A stretch of DNA of 48,305 nucleotides from Deltaproteobacteria bacterium (GCA_031387905.1 JANNDT010000502.1:1-48305); one strand, 5' to 3'; positions 35,986 through 45,338 are shown, numbered from the stretch's first letter. Notes: a model not told the origin generated them from the letters alone. Made by a program: numbers and translations.

Positions 35986-36528
35986 CTACTGCTCGCGCGC
36001 GAACTGCGCGTAGGCGGCCGCCGTGCCCGTCGCCATCTTGTCGCCATCGAAGGGAATCGACATCTCCGGCGTGAACTCGAGCACCACGCGTTCGGGCGTA
36101 TCGAGGAACTTCACGAACAGGTCGGGCGCGAGGCCCTTCGTGAAGGCATTGCCGTCATCCTTCGCGCTCGCCATGCCGTGGGCCAGCAACCCGTAGAACC
36201 ACTGCTTCGTTTTGGCGTCGTCATGGATCACGCTGTGGCCCTTGTAGGTGACGGTCTTGCCGGCGCCCATCGGTGTGCCCTTGCTCGTAATCACGACCGC
36301 CGAGCGGCCGTCGCGGGCGATCGCCTTGATGCGTACGCGCTCGCGCGTGGCGGTCATCCAGATCTTGCCGTTCACGGGCACGTAGGCGGTGATCACGCCG
36401 AGGGGATGCCCCGATTTGTTCGCCCAGCAGAACACGCACTCGCCGGCGGTCTGCACGAGCCGCTTTTCACGCTCCGGGTCGAGCCGGTACTGCTTCACGT
36501 CGTCGTAGTTCGCGGCCTGGTCCGACAT
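35986..36528 (-). CDS. Pyridoxamine 5'-phosphate oxidase-like (split-barrel, possibly F420-binding) protein
   Basis: ECVFCWANKSGHP.GV, IWMTAT..RVR.KAI.RD.R..VVI; AGGAG RBS. Confidence 0.75.
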   Translation of the reverse strand: MSDQAANYDDVKQYRLDPEREKRLVQTAGECVFCWANKSGHPLGVITAYVPVNGKIWMTATRERVRIKAIARDGRSAVVITSKGTPMGAGKTVTYKGHSVIHDDAKTKQWFYGLLAHGMASAKDDGNAFTKGLAPDLFVKFLDTPERVVLEFTPEMSIPFDGDKMATGTAAAYAQFAREQ

Positions 36529-36551
36529 CGCGGGTCTCCTGTCCTAAGTAA

Positions 36552-36610
36552 GTCGCGATGCTCGCACGGCGTCGCGAAAGCCGCTCCGCGGTCCGCTCTG
36601 GCGTGTCCAC
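36552..36610 (-). repeat. 59-nt repeat, copy 2
   Basis: Reverse complement of 32369-32427 with 8 mismatches. Confidence 0.85.
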
Positions 36611-36661
36611 GATCACAAGACGAGAAAAGCTGATTCCAATCGTGACACTTTGTCGACTGCC

Positions 36662-36720
36662 GCCTAACGAGCGGGAGGCCGCGAGACGACCACGCGAACG
36701 CTTCGCCTCATCCGTTAGGC
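36662..36720. other. attC-like 59-bp imperfect palindrome
   Basis: GCCTAAC...GTTAGGC fit RYYYAAC/GTTRRRY; inner GAGGC/GCCTC and CGCG/CGCG pairs; L-box spacing non-canonical. Confidence 0.4.
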
Positions 36721-36922
36721 GCGAGAGCGGCGAAGCGAACCTGCGGCGTGGGCGCTGCAGATTGAGCTCGAGTTCGAAGGCGCGTCGACTGGGAAGATCT
36801 AGGCCGCGAAGCCCGGATGGACGAGGAACGCGATCCCAAGGCGAATGCGAATTCGAGCCAACTCGAGATTGAGAACGAGACTGAGAAGCACTGCGGAGAC
36901 CGGCGCGCCTCGCGTGCAGGAC

Positions 36923-37540
36923 CTAGGGCCGCTGCTCCCCGCAAGTCTTCCCCGCTTGAATGGCCGCCACCGTCAGCAGCCCGCAGCGTTGCTCTGCCGG
37001 CTTGGACGCGATCACCTGGATCAGCTTGGCATCGCTCACTCTTTGGGCTCGGCCGATCGTTCGGAGCGGGAAGCCTGCTTTGACGAACGCGATGGCGATC
37101 GCGACTTGGTCGGCCTCTGAGACCTCGCTTCCATAAGCGAGCGCGCTGGGTTTGCTGTCGATCAGTGGCGAGGTCCCAAGCTCGGATGTGAGCTGCAGCT
37201 CCTTCGCGACTCCTTGGACGAGGCTGCGATCAGATTCGCGGTAGAAGCGAAGGCGGATGCCAGCGAGATCTCGGTAGCGGGCGAGGTCTTCCTGCTTGAC
37301 GGCGATCTCCCGCTCGAGCTCTTGCTTGCGTGCTTCCAGGACATCGACCGCGCTCTCCGTCTTCATCAACTCAGCGCGCGAGTTCGCGACCTCTTGTCTG
37401 GACGAGGCCACTTCTTTGCGAAGCCCGTACGTCTGCCACGAGAAAAAGAAGAATGCGGCGAGCGGAGCCATGGTCGAGGCCCAAGCGATCGTGAGTAAAA
37501 TCTTCTGTCGTCGATCCAGGCTCTCTTGTGTGCCGAACAT
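36923..37540 (-). CDS. Hypothetical protein: N-terminal TM, coiled coil, small C-terminal alpha/beta domain
   Basis: GGAG RBS before ATG 37540, 12 nt after the TIR gene stop; ILLTIAW..AAFFFFSW TM; heptad EVASSRQEVANSRAEL..LERE. Confidence 0.72.
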   Translation of the reverse strand: MFGTQESLDRRQKILLTIAWASTMAPLAAFFFFSWQTYGLRKEVASSRQEVANSRAELMKTESAVDVLEARKQELEREIAVKQEDLARYRDLAGIRLRFYRESDRSLVQGVAKELQLTSELGTSPLIDSKPSALAYGSEVSEADQVAIAIAFVKAGFPLRTIGRAQRVSDAKLIQVIASKPAEQRCGLLTVAAIQAGKTCGEQRP

Positions 37541-37551
37541 CGATCGACTCC

Positions 37552-38223
37552 CTAGCGAAGGCGCTGCGTGTCGCGCGCAAAACAGAACAGAAGGAACGCG
37601 AACGCGGTGAACAGCATGCATCCCGGTAGCACCCAAAATGTCGCCGGCAACGCCGGGTAGCGAACCGGTGCGATCGCCGAGGCGACTGTTGCGACGAAGA
37701 GCAGCCCGACGATCAACAGGAGATGGAGCAGAACTCGGCTCACTTGCGTGCCCGCCGTTCCGGTGGGAGCGCTCAGCTGATCGAGCTTCCGGCAAAGCTC
37801 GTCCGCATCGCGGTTGAAGTAATTCCCATTGATCGGGTAGCCCTGCAGCCCTCGCAGAGAACGAGCCACGGCCGGGAGGTCGCTGCCTTCGAGCGACACC
37901 GCTGCATCGAAGAACACCGGGATGATTCGCTTGTTCATCGCAATCGCGAGCTCGATCTCGCGGCGAACCCAATCAGTTGGCTGATCGAGTCGCCGGTGCC
38001 CTCTGGCATCGGCCGCATCGAGCCAAGCAGGCCCGATCAACACGAGTACCACAGCACACTCGGCGATCGCGCTTCGAATCTCGTCGGAGAAGGTGTCCCC
38101 GAGAGCGATGTCTTCTCGGTCCTGGAAGACGGACTCGAACTGAAAGGCGTTGAGGCGCTCGACAATTCTGTCGGCGTAAGCGCCGGTGTCGTTTCTGCGG
38201 TAGCTGATGAAGATCTTCGCCAC
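37552..38223 (-). CDS. TIR domain (TIR_2) protein with two C-terminal TM helices
   Basis: KIFISYRRND, VFQD...I..GD.F, VVLVLIG..W, DWVRREIELA (catalytic Glu), IIPV; hydrophobic C-terminus. Confidence 0.92.
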   Translation of the reverse strand: MAKIFISYRRNDTGAYADRIVERLNAFQFESVFQDREDIALGDTFSDEIRSAIAECAVVLVLIGPAWLDAADARGHRRLDQPTDWVRREIELAIAMNKRIIPVFFDAAVSLEGSDLPAVARSLRGLQGYPINGNYFNRDADELCRKLDQLSAPTGTAGTQVSRVLLHLLLIVGLLFVATVASAIAPVRYPALPATFWVLPGCMLFTAFAFLLFCFARDTQRLR

Positions 38224-38459
38224 TCGGCGGCCTCGTCGTGCCCGGCCGCACTATTACACATCATAAGCTTCGAATGGCCTCCGGCCCCGCTCCGCTCCGG
38301 GCATTCGCTCGAGGATCGGGAGCAATCGCACTGCGGTCTCGATCTTGCGCGGGCGCGCAACGGAGCGCGCCGCGTCGGCTAGCAACTCCTCTCCAAGCTT
38401 TTCGCGCAGCCGAATCGCCAAGAGCGCAAGACATCCGTGTCGCGCTTCGCAAAGGAACC

Positions 38460-39359
38460 TCAGACGCGGATGTAGGTTTCCGCGAACTCGGCGATGAACT
38501 CGAGGATCTGCGCGCGCGGCGCGGTCGGACGGTTCACGATCATCCAAGTGAAGCCGGCCGCTTCAAAACCAGCGAGCGCCTGGCGATGGCGATCGACCTC
38601 GCTCCGAGGATGCGTGATCGAGGGGTCCGTGTAAGCCATCGCGAAATCGAGCTTCGCGCTGCGTGCGGCCGCGCTGCGCTTGATTTCCTCGACGCTGGCT
38701 TTCAGCTCGGCCAGCGTGCCGGGCGCGGGCGTTCGGGTCGTCGCGAACATCTCGGCCGGGCCTACCAGCGGCATCCAGCCCTGGCAGCGCTCCGCAACGC
38801 GCCGCCGCGTGAGCTTGGAGTTTCCGCCGACCCAAATCGGAATCGGGTTCTGCGCAGGCCGCGGCAGCGACTGGATGTTACGGGCGCTGAAGTGCTTGCC
38901 TTGGAAATCGAAGGGCTCGCCGCTCCAGTGGAGCGGTAGCACCGCGAGCGCCTCATCGAAGAGTTCGTTCCGCTCGTCGAAGTTGACGCCGAGGGCCGCA
39001 AACTCGCCCTTCGAATAGCCGGCGCCCGCTCCCAGGATGAAGCGGCCGTTCGAGAGGCGATCGACCGTCATCGCGGCTTTCGCCAGCAACAACGGATTGC
39101 GATACGGGAGCACCGCGAGGTAGCTCAGCAAGCGCAGCCGCGTTGTTACGGTCGCGACCCCGCCGAGGGCGACGAGCGGGTCGAGCGTTTGGTGGCCGCC
39201 GCTTGCGAGCCAGCGCGCGCCTGTCGCGGGGTGCTCGGTGAACGCGAAGCCGTGCCAGCCCGCGCGTTCGGCGGCCACAGCCAACTCGGCGACCGGACCG
39301 GCGTCGAGCAAGTCCGCCGTGGAACCCTGCGCGTCCGGGTACTGAAACATGAACCGCAT
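38460..39359 (-). CDS. LLM class (F420-dependent-like) oxidoreductase
   Basis: AERAGW....TEH, LPYRNPLLLAK..TVDRLSNGRFILG.GAGY..GEF, PIWVGG. Confidence 0.9.
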   Translation of the reverse strand: MRFMFQYPDAQGSTADLLDAGPVAELAVAAERAGWHGFAFTEHPATGARWLASGGHQTLDPLVALGGVATVTTRLRLLSYLAVLPYRNPLLLAKAAMTVDRLSNGRFILGAGAGYSKGEFAALGVNFDERNELFDEALAVLPLHWSGEPFDFQGKHFSARNIQSLPRPAQNPIPIWVGGNSKLTRRRVAERCQGWMPLVGPAEMFATTRTPAPGTLAELKASVEEIKRSAAARSAKLDFAMAYTDPSITHPRSEVDRHRQALAGFEAAGFTWMIVNRPTAPRAQILEFIAEFAETYIRV

Positions 39360-39444
39360 TCGGCTTCGGCTCCCTAAGCGTTGGCTCGCCGCCCGCGCTC
39401 TGAACAGAGTAGGCTGGTGCGCGTGCGAACGAGAGGAGATTCCA

Positions 39445-40668
39445 ATGCTCGACGTGATGAAGGGCGTGCGCGTGCTCGAGGTCGCGCAGTTCTGGTTCGT
39501 GCCGTCGGCGGGCGCGGTGCTCGCGGACTGGGGTGCGGACGTAATCAAGATCGAGCATCCGGTGCGCGGTGACGGCCAGCGCGGCCTCGCATCGAGCGGC
39601 GTCGCTTCGGACGTCGGGGGCGTCGACTACCTCGTGCAGCAGCCGAACCGCGGCAAGCGCAGCGTCGGCATCGACATCGCCACCGCCGCGGGCCTCGAAC
39701 TCCTCTACAAGCTGGTCGATCAATGTGACGTGTTCCTGACGAACTTCTTGCCGGACTCGCGGCAAAGGCTGCGCATCGACGTCGAGCACATTCGCGCGCG
39801 CAATCCGCGCGCCATCTATGTGCGTGGCCACGGCCAAGGCGACCTCGGCCCCGAGCGCGAGATGGGCGGCTACGACGCCACCGCGTTCTGGAACCGCAGC
39901 GGAATTGCGGCCGCGCTCACGACGTCCGAAATGAACGAGCCGATCTCCCAGCGCGCCGCATTTGGAGATGGCATCGGCGGCATGACGATCGCGGGCGGCA
40001 TCGCTGCAGCGCTGTTTCATCGCGAGCGCACCGGCGAAGCGAAGCTGGTCGACGTCTCGCTGCTCTCGACCGCGATGTGGGTGCTCTCGCCGGACATCGT
40101 GGCGAGCAAATTGCTCGAGCCCGGCAGCCAGCAGCTTCCGTTCGCGCCGCGCACGACCCGCTTCAACCCGGTCGTGAATAATTACAAGACCAAGGATGGC
40201 CGCTGGCTGATGCTCGTTCATTTGCAACCGGATCGTTATTGGACGGATTTCTGCACGCGTCTCGGCCGAGCGGACATGATCGCCGACCCGCGCTTCAAGG
40301 ACGCGCGGGTGCGCTTCGAGCACCGCGCGGCATGCATTACGGAACTCGACGCGACGTTCGCGCAGCGCACGCTCGCGGAGTGGCGCGAGGCGTTCGATGG
40401 CATGGAGGGACCCTGGGCGCCGACGCAGACTGCGCGGGAGTTGCACGAGGATCGGCAGGCGCTGGCGAACGGCTATCTGCAAGAAGTGGACGGCGGGGCG
40501 CGCGGGCGCTTTGCCTTGGTGCAGAGCCCGGTGCAATTCGACGGTCAGCGCGCAGACCTTCGACGCGGGCCGGAGATGGGCGAGCACACGGACGAGGTGC
40601 TGACGGAGAAACTGGGACTCACGCTCGAGGAGTTGCTCGCGCACAAGGCGAGTGGCGCGATTCTCTAG
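39445..40668 (+). CDS. CaiB/BaiF class III CoA-transferase
   Basis: GVRVLE, LADWGADVIKIE, NRGKRSV, DVFLTNF, GYD, PEMGEHTDEVL; GAGGAG RBS. Confidence 0.93.
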   Translation: MLDVMKGVRVLEVAQFWFVPSAGAVLADWGADVIKIEHPVRGDGQRGLASSGVASDVGGVDYLVQQPNRGKRSVGIDIATAAGLELLYKLVDQCDVFLTNFLPDSRQRLRIDVEHIRARNPRAIYVRGHGQGDLGPEREMGGYDATAFWNRSGIAAALTTSEMNEPISQRAAFGDGIGGMTIAGGIAAALFHRERTGEAKLVDVSLLSTAMWVLSPDIVASKLLEPGSQQLPFAPRTTRFNPVVNNYKTKDGRWLMLVHLQPDRYWTDFCTRLGRADMIADPRFKDARVRFEHRAACITELDATFAQRTLAEWREAFDGMEGPWAPTQTARELHEDRQALANGYLQEVDGGARGRFALVQSPVQFDGQRADLRRGPEMGEHTDEVLTEKLGLTLEELLAHKASGAIL

Positions 40669-40836
40669 CCCTCGTCGACGCGCGCTCTTCCGGCGGCAAC
40701 ACATGAGCAGGCCTGCGCGAAGCGCGGCATGTATTCACGCGTTCACGCCCTGAGCTTGTGACGGCACGCACGCGGATCGGGCGGGGCGCCGCCGATCCAT
40801 CCCTCACGCCGCAGCCGCGGCTCGAGGGAGATTCGC

Positions 40837-42558
40837 ATGCGCGCTTTGCGTCTTGCATGGATCGGCTGCGTTCTGGCTCTCGCGCTGCCCGCGGCGGCGT
40901 TTCCCAGTTACGGGAATTATGTCGATACGACCTGTACAGCCAATGGCTGGGTGCCGGCGCGCCCGTACAACCCGAACCGGCTGAACACGACCAACCCGAG
41001 CAAGGTCAACTGCGGGCTGTGCCATGCGAATGCCGCGAGTCCCGGTAAAACGCTCAGCGTGGCGGGTAAGACGTTCAAATCCTCGGGCTTCACGAATGTG
41101 TCGCCCTTCTGCGCGCCCCCTGCGCCGATGAATCACGCACCTGTCTTTTTCGCGATCGCGCCCCAACAAGCGATGCTTGGGCGGCTCTTCCAGCTCGCGG
41201 TGGCCGCGACCGACGCGGACCGCGACGCCATCGCACTCTCGGTCTCCAACAGCCCTGCTGGCGCTTCGTTCAGCGATGCGGGAAACGGGACGGGCACGTT
41301 CCAATGGACGCCCGGAATGGCGCAGGCCGGGAATCTCACCGTGACGTTTCACGCGACGGACGGCGGCTCGCCGATGGCGAGCGCGACGCTCGACGTGGCC
41401 ATCTCGGTCGGCGCTGTCAGCAACCGGCCGCCAACCCTCGCTGCCGTGGGCGATCAGCGAGTCGAACCTGGCGTGCAGCTGACGGTGACTTTCTCCGCAA
41501 CCGATCCCGACGGGAACGCATTGACGTTCGCGGTTCAGCCGCTTCCTAGCGGCGCAACGTTATCAGGGAATCTGCTCGCCTGGATGCCCAGCGCGGGGCA
41601 GGTGGGCAGCTACCCGGTGACAGTGCGCGTCACCGATGACGGTACACCTTCCGCCAGCGACTCCGAGGCGATCGTGATTACGGTCGGGCGCGTGAATCGC
41701 CCGCCGCTGTTGTCACCCATCGGTAATCGCACGGTCGACCTCGGCCAATCCGCGCGAATCGCGATCATGGCGACGGATCCCGACCTCGACGCGCTCGTGC
41801 TCGCGTGCAGCGGGCTGCCAACCGGCGCTTCCTTCACGGACATGCGGAACGGGACCGGCGAGATCCTGTTTGCGCCGACCGTGGCGAGCGCCAATTCCGC
41901 CACCTGCAGCGCAACCGACAATGGGCTCCCGCCCGGAGCCGCGCAGGAGACGTTCATGCTCACGGCTCGCGATCCCGCGCCTCCCGCCGGCGCGCCTGTG
42001 ATCGACGAGGCTGCGTGGGACGACGCGCATGGCGGCAGCTTGAGCGTGCACGGCAATGTGCCGGCGTCTGCGCTGCCGACCAAGGGCCCGAAACTCAGGG
42101 TGGACGTGTTTGCCGTGCTCGCCGACGGCACGCTCGTGAATCTCGGCCGACGAATTGTCGGGCACGACGGCAGCTTCCAAGCGACGCTGCCGACCTTCAT
42201 CGCGCCCTGTCAGATCGCCGCTGGTGCAAATGGCGCAATCAGTTCCCCGCTCGCAGTGAGCGATGCGCCGGCGTCTTGCAACACGGAGTTGTTGATGGAC
42301 ATCCGCGTGCAAAGCAGCTGCAGCGGCTTTCAGCTCCGTGCAAAAGGCCGCCACGCAGCGCCAGGCGGCGTCGTGCTCGCGACCGAATTGGCGACAGGCG
42401 ACGCGCTGTTCCAAGAAACCGTGACGCCGCGCGGAACCTTCGCTGCCAAGACGCGAGTCGGCGCCTTCGTCCACGCGCTGGACGTGCGAGTGCAGGCTGC
42501 GGGGCATGAATGGGCGCTGCCCGCGCCGCTCGCCGTGACCAGCGCCTGCGGGAATTAG
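40837..42558 (+). CDS. Secreted protein with CxxCH heme motif and three putative Ig/cadherin-like repeats
   Basis: Signal peptide; CGLCH; three N(H/R)(A/P)P...ATD.D.D..L...P.GA repeats. Confidence 0.8.
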   Translation: MRALRLAWIGCVLALALPAAAFPSYGNYVDTTCTANGWVPARPYNPNRLNTTNPSKVNCGLCHANAASPGKTLSVAGKTFKSSGFTNVSPFCAPPAPMNHAPVFFAIAPQQAMLGRLFQLAVAATDADRDAIALSVSNSPAGASFSDAGNGTGTFQWTPGMAQAGNLTVTFHATDGGSPMASATLDVAISVGAVSNRPPTLAAVGDQRVEPGVQLTVTFSATDPDGNALTFAVQPLPSGATLSGNLLAWMPSAGQVGSYPVTVRVTDDGTPSASDSEAIVITVGRVNRPPLLSPIGNRTVDLGQSARIAIMATDPDLDALVLACSGLPTGASFTDMRNGTGEILFAPTVASANSATCSATDNGLPPGAAQETFMLTARDPAPPAGAPVIDEAAWDDAHGGSLSVHGNVPASALPTKGPKLRVDVFAVLADGTLVNLGRRIVGHDGSFQATLPTFIAPCQIAAGANGAISSPLAVSDAPASCNTELLMDIRVQSSCSGFQLRAKGRHAAPGGVVLATELATGDALFQETVTPRGTFAAKTRVGAFVHALDVRVQAAGHEWALPAPLAVTSACGN

Positions 42559-44183
42559 GGCTCGAGCCCATAGCGATCGGCGATCTCGCCATGCCGCGGA
42601 TCGCCCGGCGCGCGCGCGTAATCCCAATGCCAGCGCTGCACTTCCAGCGCCGCGATGTGCGCACCCGGCGCTGCGTTCGCGTTGTGCACCCGGGCGAAGG
42701 CGGCGAGGAACTCGAGCGCGAGCGCCTGCTGCTCCGGCTCGAAGCCTTGGCGCAGCACGCGGCGGTAGCGCGAATCTCGGAACGCCGGGATCGCGCGTTC
42801 GATCGGCGCGCGCCCCTGCTCCCCCGATTCGAAGGTTGCGACCACAGCGAGCCAATCGATCTCGCCGCTGAGATTCGGCTTCGAGTACATCTGCATCGCG
42901 CTGAACGGGTATTCCTCGATACGCAGCGCCCAACAAGTGATCAGCAGCGCGGCTAACGCGCGCAGGCGGCGCGGCCAGTTCGCCTCTCGCACGGCTGTCG
43001 CGGGGGCCGGCGCGGGCGCCGCGGAGTCGCGCGAGGGGCGCCAGTCGATGAACACGGCCTGCAGCAGAATCAGATCGAAGAACAGCACGTTCTGCAGGAA
43101 CCAGATGCCGACGTGCATGCCGAGCATGATCGCCGGTAGCACGAGGCGTGCGCGCTTCGAGAACAGCACGAGCCCGTAGCCGATCTCGCCTAACAGCGTG
43201 GCGATGCCGATCGCCCAGAACAGCGCGTCGGGTGCGCGGAGGAGATGCAGCGTCACGCCCCAGTCGAACTGCATCGGGTTCAGTGTGTCGGTCAGCAGGA
43301 TGCTCTTCAGGTTCGCGGCGTGCGCCCAATCGAAGCCGCCGCGGCGCAGCTTGCTGAGGCCAGCTTCGACGTAGGGAAGGGCGAGGGCGGTCCAGACGAG
43401 GAAGCGCGCCCAGCCGTAACGAAACGCCGGCGTGTTCGCGTCCGGCACGGGCTCGCGGCGTCGCATCCGCAGCCAACGGTCGAGCGAGAAGCCGTCGCCG
43501 CAGGGCGTGAACGCCAGCACGATCAGCAGGTAGAGCGGCACGAGGCCCGTGTGATAGAACCACGCGTATTGCCGAAGGCTGCCGCCGAGTATTAGGTACG
43601 CGCCCGCGGCGAGCGGCACCGAAACGCGCGTGCGGAAGCCGAGCGCGGCGCACGCGAGCAAGAGCGCGCAAGCGGCTTGAAACACTGCCAGGGCGGAGGC
43701 GCTTGCGACGAAACGGTCGAAGCCAATTGGCAGCGCGTAGAGCAGAGCGAGCACGGGGCCCTCGCCGTGGATCAGCCCGCGCGGAAGCAGCGCGCTGCTC
43801 GGGAGATGCTCCCAGAGAGTGCTCGCAAGCAGCGTGCCCGCGACGAGCGCACGGATCGCCCCGAGCGCGCCTGGCGTTCCGGGCGGCACGAAGCGCACGG
43901 CGAAGCTGGGTTGGCGCGTTGCGAGCGCGAACGCCTGATAAGCGAGCAGTGCAAACACCGCCCAGCGCCCGTCCTTGCTCCACGAGGCAACGTAATACTC
44001 GAGCGAGTGCCGCGTCTGAGCGCGCTCGACGACGCGCGCAAGCGGCGCCCACCAGTTTGCGGCGTCGGCAGTGTGAAGCCACGCGATCAGGGCGGGTACG
44101 AGGAACTCGCCGAGCACGAGCCAGGCGAGTGCGATCCCGGCGAGGCGGCACAGCGGGGCACGCGTGGAGGCGCGCTCGCTCAT
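42555..44183 (-). CDS. HTTM-domain membrane protein (vitamin K-dependent carboxylase-like TM region)
   Basis: ALGFRTR, DGFSLDRW, YVEAGLSKL..GGFDW, MHVGIW, C-terminal EEYPFSAMQMYS. Confidence 0.75.
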   Translation of the reverse strand: MSERASTRAPLCRLAGIALAWLVLGEFLVPALIAWLHTADAANWWAPLARVVERAQTRHSLEYYVASWSKDGRWAVFALLAYQAFALATRQPSFAVRFVPPGTPGALGAIRALVAGTLLASTLWEHLPSSALLPRGLIHGEGPVLALLYALPIGFDRFVASASALAVFQAACALLLACAALGFRTRVSVPLAAGAYLILGGSLRQYAWFYHTGLVPLYLLIVLAFTPCGDGFSLDRWLRMRRREPVPDANTPAFRYGWARFLVWTALALPYVEAGLSKLRRGGFDWAHAANLKSILLTDTLNPMQFDWGVTLHLLRAPDALFWAIGIATLLGEIGYGLVLFSKRARLVLPAIMLGMHVGIWFLQNVLFFDLILLQAVFIDWRPSRDSAAPAPAPATAVREANWPRRLRALAALLITCWALRIEEYPFSAMQMYSKPNLSGEIDWLAVVATFESGEQGRAPIERAIPAFRDSRYRRVLRQGFEPEQQALALEFLAAFARVHNANAAPGAHIAALEVQRWHWDYARAPGDPRHGEIADRYGLEP

Positions 44184-44587
44184 GCCAGAAAACGCGCGCG
44201 CAGCTCGGGCGTCGGGATCCAGCACTCTGCTTGTTTGCCGAACCAGGCGTAGCGGTTCCGTGCGACCCAGTCGTAAACGCTGTCGCGCAGCGGGCGCGGC
44301 AGGAGGCGGAACACCGAGGCGAGCGCCCAGGCGCCGCCGAGACGCCGTAACACTCCGAGCGCTGCGCCGCTCTTTTGCCAGTGTGCGTCGTCCTCTATGA
44401 GCACGACCGTGTCGAGAGCGTCCGGCGGGAGCGCGTGCGCGGCGAGCAGCGCGCGGCCGGCGTCGGACTGAAGTGACGCGAAGTGGAAGCGCGCGGCGGG
44501 ATCGTGCGCGATCACCCACTGCACCGTCCCGTGACACAGGTTGCACACGCCGTCGAACAACAAGATCGGGCCGCTGGCGGAACTCAC
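44180..44587 (-). CDS. DCC1-like thiol-disulfide oxidoreductase (DUF393)
   Basis: LFDGVCNLC, FASLQS, RDSVYDWVARNRY.WFGK..ECWIP; start approximate. Confidence 0.92.
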   Translation of the reverse strand: MSSASGPILLFDGVCNLCHGTVQWVIAHDPAARFHFASLQSDAGRALLAAHALPPDALDTVVLIEDDAHWQKSGAALGVLRRLGGAWALASVFRLLPRPLRDSVYDWVARNRYAWFGKQAECWIPTPELRARFLA

Positions 44588-44597
44588 GGCGCGCAGG

Positions 44598-45338
44598 TTA
44601 ACGCCGGAAGAACTTCTTGCGCGTCGTCGAGATCGCGCGCTCTTCGCGAAAGCCGTGGCTCGCGAGCAGCGCGACGAGTTCACGCGCGGGGCTTTCGCCG
44701 ATCTGCTGTGGGTGCAGTTCGAGGATCAGCTTGCGGATGCCGTGCCATTCGATGACGGGCAACAGTTCGGCTTCGCCGCCCTCGATGTCCATCACCAAAC
44801 AAGTCGGCGCGACGCGGCGGATCTCGTCGTTCACTGCGAACTGCGGCACGCGCACTGCGAGCGCGCTCGCGCTGGGTCGCCGCAGAGACGACGACACGAA
44901 CTCCTCGTCGACGAAGAACTCCGCGCTGCCCGCTTCGCGCGCGAGCACGCCGTGAACGAGCGCAGGGGCGACGCCGTTGGCCGCGTGCGTGGCGCGAATT
45001 CTCGCGAGCAGCGCCGGGTTCGCCTCATAGGAGGTGACGCGCTCGCCGCCAACGCGCAGCGCGCAGAGCGTGCCGATGAAGCCGGCGCCGGCGCCGATTT
45101 CGAGCACGACGTCGTCGGCTGCGAGCCGTAGCAGCACGCAGCGCGCCTCGCCGCGCTCGTAACGCTCGGCGTAAAGAGCGCGGCGCATGGCGGGCGTGGT
45201 GTCGGCGTCGAGTTCGAGCCAGACGCCGTGGAGGCGCACGCGGCCCGGGCGCGTGAGCAAACGCCACGCGTAGCGCGGATAGCGCGCGAGCGAGTCGAGC
45301 CACCAGTGGAGCCGCGCTGCGAGTTCGCGCAGGTTCAT
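44598..45338 (-). CDS. FkbM family methyltransferase
   Basis: YERGE, VLEIGAGAG, SYEANP, VMDIEGGE, LELHP. Confidence 0.85.
   Translation of the reverse strand: MNLRELAARLHWWLDSLARYPRYAWRLLTRPGRVRLHGVWLELDADTTPAMRRALYAERYERGEARCVLLRLAADDVVLEIGAGAGFIGTLCALRVGGERVTSYEANPALLARIRATHAANGVAPALVHGVLAREAGSAEFFVDEEFVSSSLRRPSASALAVRVPQFAVNDEIRRVAPTCLVMDIEGGEAELLPVIEWHGIRKLILELHPQQIGESPARELVALLASHGFREERAISTTRKKFFRR

Larger units (their letters stand above)
26881..38400. mobile_element. Decayed tRNA-anchored genomic island / integration hotspot (right border approximate)
   Basis: Starts at the split tRNA; holds conflict-system genes, gene fragments, an integrase remnant, dispersed repeats and long intergenics, unlike the tightly packed flanks. 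Confidence 0.65.

Noticed and set aside
36889-38336. 9-bp direct repeat GCACTGCGG flanking the TIR module as a target-site duplication
   Set aside because: Short and GC-rich, with no adjacent terminal repeats; plausible by chance
38254-38460. Possible gene fragment upstream of the TIR gene
   Set aside because: No recognisable motif; cannot be supported without a search
41713-44151. Long alternative-frame and antisense ORFs (also 12170-14206, 9850-11511, 38953-40704, 17228-18751)
   Set aside because: Arg/Ala-rich shadow ORFs typical of high-GC DNA that overlap well-supported genes
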